DNA of 64,000 nt from NCBI RefSeq assembly GCF_006345805.1, contig NC_042998.1, positions 116,746,001 to 116,810,000 of the forward strand. Reading direction: 5' to 3'. The notes under the pieces were generated by a model. That model ran no database searches. It was not told the origin of the DNA and saw only the letters and a program-made list of their open reading frames with translations. The stretch comes from Octopus sinensis (lineage: Eukaryota). Made by a program: the position numbers and the translations under genes. Below are positions 53,551 through 64,000 of the stretch, one piece after another. Position 1 is the stretch's first letter. The number at the start of each line of letters is the position of its first letter.

Positions 53551-54506
53551 TTTTTTGTGTGCATAAGTAGCAGCTGCATTCATCACTTAAATAGGTATCT
53601 GTGCACACGTAATTATTCTTTCACTGAAATTCTCAAATACGTGTACATTATACAAAACATAAATACCGATTACATTTCCTGTGTTCCTAATTGATATTCG
53701 GCGTGCTGTCACTGCACATGAGCCTTCTAGCGTCGTCAGTTTAGAATCTAGAACTGATGAACCATGCTCATGCATTTTGATAAAGTATTGTGCCTCAAGG
53801 CGTACCTTTTGCATCACTCACAACAATGCACATATACACTCATACACATACACACATGTACATGTGGGTTTGTGTGTGTGTGTGGTGCTTGATTATAAAT
53901 GTATGTGCATGCGCTTGTGTGCGTGTGTGTGACTTGGTTGAAATATTTGTAATAATAATTTTGAAATCGAAATGAAATAGCTGAATGCTTCTGCTCCCAC
54001 CATGAATATATATATATTTATATTTATACATATGTACATATGTGTATGTACATGAGTTTGTCTTTGTGTGTGTATGTGTACTTGTATGTTTGTGTGTGTG
54101 CGAGTGTGTGTTTGTGTGCACGGGTGAGTGCCAGTATCCGCGCACGAAAACAGGATTCATGTTAAAACATGCGCCTAGTTAGCAGGTCAGATAAATAATA
54201 TGTATAATGTGGAATGTAAGACATGAATAATTTGAGCAAAGCAAATAAATATGTAAACTATGTGTAAGACCTGAAACATTTTATGGCTTTCCAAGTTCAT
54301 TCTAGAAAACATCAGCCATCATAAATAATTGATATCTTAGTAATGTGTTTAGAGTTGATATCGATCCCTTCTCTCTTTCTTTCTCACCATCTCTCTATCT
54401 TTTATACCCACATACGCGCGCGCACACAAACTGACGCATACACATGCATACGCTTATACGCAAGTATATATGTATATCTATAAGTGTGTGTGTGTGTGTG
54501 TATGTG

Positions 54507-54548
<42 letters not shown>

Positions 54549-55400
54549 ATATGTATATGCATATATGTATGTATGTGCGTGTGTGTGTGTATACATATAA
54601 AGGCTTATATTCGTGGTGCACTTGCGATGTCTCTTTCTTTTTTCTCTCTCTCTTCTCTTCTTTTTATATCTCTCTTTCACTCTCACTCTTGATCTCTTTT
54701 TGACTATGAGTTGTAACTGCAGCCTGGCAGACTTTTAATAGCCATTTTATTTCAAACTATTCAATGGAGTGAATAAACTGATGAGACATTAAGTCTAGCT
54801 ATCAGTTATATATTAAATATAGTCTGTAATTTTCATGACATAAATATAAGAACAGCTGGTATAATAACTAAGTTAATGTGCAGACAGATGTCTAACTAAG
54901 TCTGCATGGTGGTGATTGAGGATTTGATCGAATAAATCAGGAACATTCGATGCCTTCAAGTGTGTACGAGATATGAGTGTTACAGGTTCAAGATTTGTAA
55001 TAAAATTGTTATCAAATAGGGTAAATAAATCGATAATTATAGAGTATGTTGCTCGGCACTTCCCTTCATGCATGCTGCTGAAAATTCTCGTATGGCACGT
55101 GTGAAGATTCTATAACACCTTTTAAAATAAAAACAATCAGAAAATATCAGCTACTTGAAATCGTGTGGCTTATACTTGAAAATCAGCATATGCATTCGAT
55201 GTGCTCATTTCAGAGGAAATCAGCAATTTGCAGTCATAAACATCCTCAGTCTGCCATAAACATTGATAAAAACTTAAATGCTTAATGCATCAACATGCAT
55301 GTATGCATCTGTATTATTAAAAACAAAAACGTGTGTTGCATATTACTTGTTAAGAATAAGCTTACTATAACATTGAAATTATACACGAACAGAGATTATC

Positions 55401-55425
<25 letters not shown>

Positions 55426-55431
<6 letters not shown>

Positions 55432-55723
55432 TATGTATGTATGGATGAATGGATGGATGGATGTATGGATGGATGGATGGATGGATGGGTGGATGGATGT
55501 GTATATGTGTGTATGTATGTATGCAAGCAGAAGAGAGAACATACTGAGATAGAATTGGAAATAGAATTGATGCGACCTGGTTTCTTCCCTTCTTGTAACT
55601 TCACGTGTAATTTTTAAAATCACTAAGCCGAAAGAAAAGAGATCCATATACGCGCAAAACACTTTTTGAACATATTGCTTACATGACAAAATACAGTTGA
55701 GGGGCACTATGAAATTCGATTCG

Positions 55724-55819
<96 letters not shown>

Positions 55820-55860
55820 TGTGTGTGTCTGTGTGTGTGTGCGTGTGTGTGCGTGTGTGT
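55426..55860. repeat. (GGAT)n, (TA)n and (TG)n microsatellites
   Basis: (GGAT)n at about 55441-55498; (TA)n(TG)n at about 55723-55860. Confidence 0.9.
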
Positions 55861-56051
55861 GGATATTTATTTGTACTCACATTTTTGAGTGTAAATTTGT
55901 ATAGGTATCTAAAAATATTTTAAATTACTTCACTCAGTATATTCTACTGATGAAGAAAATGTTATCAAACATATCCAGATTCATAAAATCTGAATTATTC
56001 TATGAATTTTTGGTTTGTCCACTTTTCCTGCATTCAACCTGAGGATATTGA

Positions 56052-56297
56052 AGCCAATTAATAGAGGTATCCAATAAATACATATTTTTCATATTAATTG
56101 ATAACATTATAGAAAAGGTAGATATATATAGACAAGGATGTTGATTTGAATTTTAAGAACATTGAGGTAGTAGAGCTCTACTATCTTAATGATCTTAAAA
56201 TTCAAATCAACAACTTTGTCTATATATCTACCTTTTCTATAATGTTATCAATTAATATGAAAAATATGTATTAATGGAAAACCTCTACAAATTGGCT
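56052..56297. repeat. Spacer-less ~246-bp palindrome centred on GAG|CTC
   Basis: AATACATATTTTTCATATTAATTGATAACATTATAGAAAAGGTAGATATATA...GTAGTAGAG|CTCTACTA...TATATATCTACCTTTTCTATAATGTTATCAATTAATATGAAAAATATGTATT. Confidence 0.95.
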
Positions 56298-56430
56298 GAT
56301 AATTGTTCAACATTTTAAAACTGTTGTAATAGTTACAATATTTAATAAAATGATGTAGCGTGAAACACGATCGCACCAAATTAGCGGAGATATTCTTGTT
56401 GCTTATTTTGTATGTATGTATGTATGTATG

Positions 56431-56502
<72 letters not shown>

Positions 56503-56677
56503 TAAATATTCTATATTTTATGTTTATAATTATAAAATATTTATATTAATTTACCTACGAGGTTTTATCGTCGCGCTGACCACTTGGTAAAACTCATTTA
56601 TGGTTTTACCATTTATTATTATTATATCTATATATAGATTGATATAGATATATAGATAAACACACATACATACATGC

Positions 56678-56731
<54 letters not shown>

Positions 56732-58251
56732 GGTATATGTGTATAGATGTATAAAACTACAAAAATATTCTTTAAAAATCTAGCCTCTATCTCTCTGTTT
56801 GTCTTGAAGTTCTAACGCTGAAAGGAAAATTGTTTTAATGAATGAAGTTGCAACAATAATGTCTCCAGAATATATGGAAATGTGTCATGTTTCAGATACC
56901 GTATTGTTCAATGTCCTGTAAAGCAGCACCAAATGAAGAAATTTTATGTCTATCAGAAAAGCAATGGTAGAGAGATAAGTAAGATCCACAGCCTAATATT
57001 TCCTGTTCCATGCGGTTCTTCTTTCATAGAGTTGCATACTTAACAATCGAATATTTGAGTAGAAAAGAAAAGCAGACACTGAAGAAAACATACAATGTAT
57101 CAGTTGTCTGGCTTAGATATTAAAAATTGTGTTATGCTTGATCTCACGCATTCTTTAATACCATCAACGATTTACAAATCTAAAATAAGATATATAGCAT
57201 TGAATATTTTCACTAATAATATAACACACAGAGTATTTACATGATAAGAAATAAAAAAAAAAGATTTTTCCGTGTTTCTGCTAGTCTGCAAAACTGTGTA
57301 TTCAATCATGTAAATATCTATCCAGATTATATACCATGTAATATATGATAACATTGTTACCCGACTTTACAGTTACAGATAGATAATAAGAAGAATCGAT
57401 ACGAGATATTGTTTACTGTACACACCAAGCATAATATTCACCGAGAAACTCTTTTTTGCATGCCAGCAAAAGGAACACACCTTATGTAGAATGATGACAG
57501 TTTATTTTGAGTTCATACAAATGTTTCTAGTCTTTAATATACAAACTATGTAACATATTTTACAGAAGCTGATATATTGATTAACAGCTGGTAAATTACG
57601 CAAGAAAAATAATACATTGATGAAGGAATTACATTCGTATAATAACTAGGGCATTGTGATAAATAAAGAAAACATGTGCTTGTTTATCGTCTGGCCTTTC
57701 TCTAAATTTAAACAGCAGAATAAAAACATGAAAAGTAAAACGAGTGTAAAACATATCAGTACAAGCAGACATACATGTAGAAACCTACCAACCAACACCC
57801 ACACACACAAACACACACACACGCACATACACTCAGTTACATATGTGCACACACATGAGAATACACATGCAGTTTCACAAACATACGCAAACACACAATT
57901 ACGTGAATACTCATAAATAGGAACATATTAAGCTTATATTTTGTAATTCATTTATGGCATTATTAGTAAACAAAGTAAACTACGTGACCCAAGGGTGTGA
58001 TTTGGACTATTCCCAGAAGTATTCGAAGTTCTACTTCACTTCTTTAGATTTCAGACTAGAGCTTCACAAGCATGTATTAGCAAGTAATGTATTACAAGAA
58101 ATTCAAGGAATGAAAGAAAGATGCTTTAACATTTCCAGCTCTTCTTCAGAAAAAGAGGAAATTCCAATGGAAGTAAAGACGGAGGAAGAAAATCGTCAAC
58201 GATTGAGATGTTGTTACATATTACATATATATTCATACACACACATATATA

Positions 58252-58295
<44 letters not shown>

Positions 58296-58387
58296 TATAT
58301 ATATATATACATATATACATATTATATATATATATATACATATATATACATATTATATATATATATAGTATATATACATATATATAC

Positions 58388-58430
<43 letters not shown>

Positions 58431-58473
58431 GTATTATGTATATATATATATATATATATACATATTATATATA

Positions 58474-58872
58474 GGCGCAGGAGTGGCTGTTTGGTAAGTA
58501 GCTTGCTAACCAACCACATGGTTCCGGGTTCAGTCCACTGCGTGGCATCTTGGCAAGTGTTCTTCTTCTGCTATAGCCCCGGGCCGACCATTGCCTTGTG
58601 AGTTGATTTGGTAGACGGAAACTGAAAGAAGCCTGCCGTATATATGTATATATATATAAGTGTGCCTGAATATGTTTGTGTGTCTGTGTTTGTTCCCCTA
58701 GCATTGCTTGACAACGATGCTGGTGTGTTTACGTCCCCGTCACTTAGCGGTTCGGCAAAAGAGACCGATAGAATAAGTACTGGGCTTACAAGAATAAGTC
58801 CGGGGTCGATTTGCTCGACTAAAGGCGGTGCTCCAGCATGGCCGCAGTCAAATGACTGAAACAGTAAAAAAA
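58474..58872 (+). mobile_element. tRNA-derived SINE family A, full length (used as reference copy)
   Basis: GGCGCAGGAGTGGCTGTTTGGTAAGTAGCTTGCT...GGTTCCGGGTTCAGTCC (A/B-box-like), internal microsatellite, tail GGCGGTGCTCCAGCATGGCCGCAGTCAAATGACTGAAAC plus A-rich end. Confidence 0.92.
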
Positions 58873-58953
58873 ATATTATATTATACATATTATATATATA
58901 TATATATACATATTATATATATATAAACATATTATATATATATATATATTATA

Positions 58954-59007
<54 letters not shown>

Positions 59008-59053
59008 TATACATATTATATAGTATGTATATATATGTATACATATTATATAT

Positions 59054-59099
<46 letters not shown>

Positions 59100-59155
59100 T
59101 ATACATATAATATATTTATATTATATATATTATTTATATTGTATATATATACATG

Positions 59156-59186
<31 letters not shown>

Positions 59187-59415
59187 GTGTGCGTGAGTGC
59201 ATGTGTATGTATATGTGCGTGTGTATGCATCCAGAATCCATGGATGATTCCCAGTATGTAAAACATATAAGCACATCAACGACCCTCACTGGGTCCAAGT
59301 CTTACCTTGCAGTAGCTGCTTTTGGCAGGCTAAAAAACTGTCGGCTATTTTCTTCAGTGCACAACACACTGACACATGCGCACACTTACAACAAGAACTC
59401 ATGAGAAGTCTCAAA

Positions 59416-59481
59416 GTCTCATGGTAAGTATGCAGGCTACTTGGTAAGCAAGCTACTCGCCACACAACCACACCTGTGCCT
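59416..59481 (-). mobile_element. SINE family A head fragment
   Basis: TTGGTAAGCAAGCTACTCGCCACACAACCACACCTGTGCCTA is the reverse complement of the head. Confidence 0.65.
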
Positions 59482-59707
59482 ACAATTTCTTCTTCCCATT
59501 AATGTTCATAACGAACTAACAATTTTTCTCGTTTCAATTAATCTATGAACCGTTTCAATTTTCGTATTCTTAATATGATTGTTTTCTATTTCTAGTTGTA
59601 TTAGAATTTCGATAGGAAAATTATAAGTAGGGGAAATAAAAAATGCGTGCATACTACTAATAATAATAATAATGATACTACTACTACTACTAATAATAAT
59701 AATAATA

Positions 59708-59833
59708 GGCGTAGGAGTAGATCTGTGATAAGTAGCTTGCTTACGAACCACATGCGTGGCACTTCTATAGTCTCGGGCCGACCAACGCCTTGTGAGTGGA
59801 TTTGGTAGACGGAAACTGAAAGAAGCCCGTCGT
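59708..59833 (+). mobile_element. SINE family A 5' half with internal deletions
   Basis: GGCGTAGGAGT...AGTAGCTTGCTTACGAACCACATG[del]CGTGGCAC[del]TTCTATAGTCTCGGGCCGACC...GGAAACTGAAAGAAGCCCGTCG. Confidence 0.85.
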
Positions 59834-59844
59834 ATATATCTATG

Positions 59845-59887
<43 letters not shown>

Positions 59888-59907
59888 TATATATACATAT
59901 ATATATG

Positions 59908-59963
<56 letters not shown>

Positions 59964-59998
59964 TACATATATACATATATACATATATATATGTATGT

Positions 59999-60032
<34 letters not shown>

Positions 60033-60060
60033 AATACACACATATATACATATATATATG

Positions 60061-60113
<53 letters not shown>

Positions 60114-61905
60114 TTACTCTCTCATATACTTAAATATACATGTATGTGTGTATGTGTGCGTGAATGTGGGGTTTGTGATTGGTTATCAGTATCCCTGTAT
60201 GTGTGTATCTGTGTAACTTAAACAAATAAGATGATGTAAGCGAAATAGCTAGTGACATGTATTAGAAAATCCGAGACAAATACAGGTATATCAAATACCA
60301 TACAAAATATATTTGATGATTTATTAAATTTTTTATATATGTTCGTAACTCCCTCCGTTCTCATTGTGAATTTGTAGATGTATGAAAATTGTGAAAAACA
60401 AAAGCAGCTCTACATGTGATTATATCGAGATATAAAAATTCACCACATTTGCAAGTCTTTCAGGAAAAAGACAGGCTTGTTATAAACATTGTCATATGCA
60501 GGTATTTGACGCACTATGCAATATAAATGCTTGCGTTAGTACGATTATAGCCGTCTGCACTATAATTACCAAATGCTAATTAAGACTAGCTCAACATGAA
60601 AACGGAAATAATCTCAAGATTCAAATATTCTTCTATGCTGCGATGCTATTATGGAAAAGGGCTGGTTTAAAGTCGGAGACACGTATATTTGCTTCAATAA
60701 CAGTCAACATGATGAACATGATTTTCACACGCACGCACCAAAATAATATGTATAAAGCATTATCAAATGATTCGATACAAATCGTAACAATGTCTTCGTA
60801 AGTCATTATTAGACGAGCGTAGTGTTTGTTTGAGCTGATGTTAGTTTGCTTTCTCATTGTTCATATGGTCTGTCAAATATTTACAGAAAAAAACACTCAT
60901 TTTATTGAATTTCAGTTTACGTATTTGTTTTACATCAAAACACAACAAAATGTAGATAATCGTGGCTTCGTCCCTCTGAAGGTAAATTTTCAATCCCTTT
61001 ATATTTTGGTTTTTCCTGTGGGTGGGTTTTACGGATTGTGCAAGAAATTTTAACTGCATTCTGGTTAAGTGTTTAATTACGAGTATAACTACGAAATTAA
61101 TGGTAATGATGAGTGATTTACTTGATGAAAAACTGGGATATTATACTTGCTACAGCCTTGTTGAAGGACATTCTTACCTATGAGGCGTGCTTTCTATTTT
61201 TGCTGTTGTTAGTTGTTTTCTCTCCTTTCAGGCTTATAACATATTTCACCAAGCTCTAATGCATTATTTTGTATTTTTCGAGAATACTGACTTGATTTCG
61301 GGAATGCTGTGCTTTATATTTCGAGGCATTTTCATGTAGCACGCATGTAATTAAGTGAGCTGTTTTCTTTATAAGGGAAAAAAATCGAGTTATTTTAATT
61401 AAATTGTAATGTTAAGGAAATTTCATACAATGATGCTATATTTGGGAGTAATTATCCTAGAGTATTATTCATTCGTTCAATCACTTTGTTCAGGGCTGGA
61501 TTTCTACAAATGTAATAACAGTTTAGAAGGCAAATACCTATTTGCGCCTGGTGTATATTTTCTCTTTCGTGATATTTAATAGATTTTAAACATAAAAAAA
61601 AAAAAAATTGTGACATCCGCTGAATCGTAAATATCTACTGATCGATGTGCTAGAGGATTTTTAAAATTGTAAATTCGTTCTCATATCACGTATTTGAAAA
61701 CTGATTTCCTGACAAGCATTAACATTTCCATTTCCATTTCCATTTCATTCTTGCATGTAATTGATGCAGCGAAATACACTGAATCCTTGAATAAATTGTC
61801 GATAAACGATTGGTAATATGTCTAAAAAGCGAACTATGGAAATGAGTTTATATTTTCATATATTTAGATCATGAGAAATTTATAAATCTGAACCATAGCT
61901 ATATA

Positions 61906-62567
61906 ACAGAGTAAGTCAAAGTTTATCCGCACTTTCACCATAACATATCTTTATTGTCACACTGCCTTCTGCGCATGCGTGTTTATAGTTGTTACTATTG
62001 TGGTCACGTGATCGAAGTTTGAGCCTGATCACGCCACTTTTCTTTCTAGTTTTACAGTGTAAGCTCAGCCGCTCCTCTAGCAATGTGCACCAAAGTGGAG
62101 CAAAGTGCAGTGATACGATTTCTCTGGTCGGAAGGTGTGTCAAGTGCTGAAATATATCGGTGTCTTATAACATAATACCGTGCCAATGCACTAGCGCTTA
62201 GATGTATGTATGAGTGGATCGAGAAGTTTAAAAGTGGTCGGAGAAGCGTGACGCACGAAGAGGGAGCAGGACACTCGTCAGTCTCCACCACTGATGAGAA
62301 GATCAGCAAACTCGAGGTGTGGTAATAGTGAAACAGCTCATCATTACCATCTCGTGGCTAACTGCTCTTTGTAGTTCTTTGGTGCACATTGCTAGTGGAG
62401 TGACCATGCTTACACAGTAAAGCCAGAAAGAATAATGGCGAAATCAGGGTCAAACCGATCATCTGACCACAATAGTACCAGCTATAAGCACGCATGCCTA
62501 GAAGGCAGTGTGACATTAATACAGAAATGGTATGGCGAAAGTGTGGATAATTTTTGACTTCCCCTCG
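61906..62567 (+). mobile_element. Mariner-derived non-autonomous foldback element with ~190-bp inverted arms and TA flanks
   Basis: TA-ACAGAGTAAGTCAAAGTTTATCCGCAC ... GTGTGGATAATTTTTGACTTCCCCTCG-TA. Transposase N-terminus MCTKVEQSAVIRFLWSEG...MYEWIEKFKSGRRSVTHEEGAG (62082-62316). Arms 61906-62094 and 62377-62567. Confidence 0.85.
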
Positions 62568-62830
62568 TAAATCTGAAATGATTATTGATAATCCTATACT
62601 ACGAATGACACAGTATTTCACGTGTACTAAATATATTGTATATTTGCACACAATTCATTAATCACACGTGGTAAAATAAGCACAAGTATACATTACATAA
62701 GAATTCTGTAATTCAAATTAATTTACCACTTCTTCTATGGAGTAAGACACAAAGTAGTGGTGTTTGGGCATGCGAATATGTATGCATGTGTGAACGAGTG
62801 TGTTGTGATTGTTGTATGTGTTTTTGTGTA

Positions 62831-62862
<32 letters not shown>

Positions 62863-63829
62863 CGTTCATTTGTGTGCGCAAAGAGGATTAGCGAATGATA
62901 ATTGTGTATTTCATCTATGTGGAATGTGGTGAGCTAATTTTACTTGAAACGGATATAAACCCTCATTTGAAACAAGTAAAAATTTCTATTAAAATATTTA
63001 TGGCTTTTCTCGAATAATTGTTGTTTCCATATAGTTTCTTATTAGAAATATTAATTTTCTTTACATTATGTTATTGATAATCCTTGCTTAGTCTGTCAGC
63101 GGAGCTCCATAATGGTCGTAAAAATCTTTTGATAAATGTTGAATGGATGTTTGTATGATATCTCAGAGGAAATTGAAATCATTTCTGTCACTTTTTGTTT
63201 TCTCTTTCATGGGAGCATTCTTTGAAACCTAAGCAGCTTCGGGGTGATAAGTAAATAATGAATTATGAGTAGTAAGCAATTGTCCGGCGAAAACGATTTA
63301 TATTCATATATTTGTATGATTTTGACAATTTATAGTCCAATATTTCGACTGGAAAACATTGTCTGCATGATATTTATAGTTGAGCGCTTAAATTAAATAT
63401 TGTGAAATATTTCTTCAGTTTTGTAGCTAGATTCCAAACTGGTGTGATTCAAGTTCATGGTTTATTAATCTGATTATTAATTCTAGTATCTGAAATGACA
63501 TTTGTCGTTTGGATTTTGCTGCTATTTAACCACAATCGTATTTCCACTCGTGGTCACCCTAATATTTTTCAGAAAATATTAAACTGAGTAACTACTTTGT
63601 TAAAGACTAGAGTCATATTTGTGGCTAATCGGTTGATCTTTAAAGCGGGCCAGAAAACAATATATGAACCCATATTAAAAATAAAGTATTTCTCTCATCT
63701 AATGGAAGATGTAAGCCAGAACAAAATAGAGAACACACAATAAAATAAATAAAGATTACAGATTCACCTCCCCTTTACTGCAAAATGAATGAGTGAAAAA
63801 TTATCTCCCCAGCAATATTTTTTCTCCTC

Positions 63830-63904
63830 ACAATTTATCTCTTTCAAATCTCTAACAATTTATCTCTTTCAACTCTCTAACAATTTATCTCTTTCAACTC
63901 TCAG
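63830..63904 (+). repeat. Three tandem copies of a 25-bp unit
   Basis: ACAATTTATCTCTTTCAA(A/C)TCTC(TA/AG) x3, head to tail, no spacers. Confidence 0.95.
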
Positions 63905-64000
63905 ATTGATGAACAATGCAAAACTGGTCCTTACGTCAATTATGTTGAAAGAACAAAACATTATTTTGCACAAAATTGCATATCTTTATTATCATGGCTC

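Larger units (their letters stand above)
58220..60113. repeat. Large TA-rich low-complexity/minisatellite region hosting three SINE A copies
   Basis: Recurrent TATATACATATTATATATA-like units at 58220-58473, 58875-59190 and 59834-60113. Confidence 0.85.

Noticed and set aside
54778-54800. CTGATGA-GAC-attaa-GTC hairpin
   Set aside because: Followed by TAGC instead of the obligatory GAAA; no helix I or III.
56163-56173. TGAGGTAGTAG, identical to the first 11 nt of let-7
   Set aside because: The match stops at 11 nt, it lies at the apex of a spacer-less palindrome rather than on a pre-miRNA arm, and the rest of mature let-7 is absent.
57954-58210. ORF start MALLVNK...EEENRQRLRC with plausible composition
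   Set aside because: No recognisable domain, it runs straight into a (TA)n tract, and no convincing donor site; cannot be supported as coding.
58474-58550. tRNA gene call for SINE heads
   Set aside because: A/B-box-like motifs are present but no full cloverleaf, and each head continues into a repeated SINE body.
60600-60745. Peptide CDAIMEKGWFKVGDTYICFNN resembling a C-type lectin N-terminus
   Set aside because: Frame closes shortly after, there is no WIGL or downstream cysteine pattern, and the splice context is weak.
63830-63904. CRISPR-like interpretation of the 25-bp repeats
   Set aside because: Units are head to tail with no spacers, there are no cas genes, and the context is eukaryotic.

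Overview
AT-rich, microsatellite-saturated eukaryotic DNA, most likely from a coleoid cephalopod (Octopus-like). That assignment is an inference from the tRNA-derived SINE families and the (TA)n load. I cannot support any host protein-coding gene; nearly all ORFs in the track are microsatellite artefacts or transposon remnants. The window holds a diverse set of decayed mobile elements: a Helitron-type non-autonomous element, an ORF1(gag)-only non-LTR element between long inverted repeats, a 5'-truncated Penelope-like element (PLE), Tc1 and mariner remnants, two R4/Dong fragments, a HERO fragment, a CR1-like LINE and at least three SINE families, some nested or chimeric. The most notable signal is a complete minimal Type I hammerhead ribozyme fold (14664-14746) in one inverted pseudo-LTR of the PLE, with a core-mutated twin (12513-12595) in the other. 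Also notable: a SINE/LINE shared 3' tail with a covarying stem-loop, a SINE head fused to a PLE endonuclease fragment, and several long palindromes. TE clade names come from protein motifs I recognise, not from database searches.
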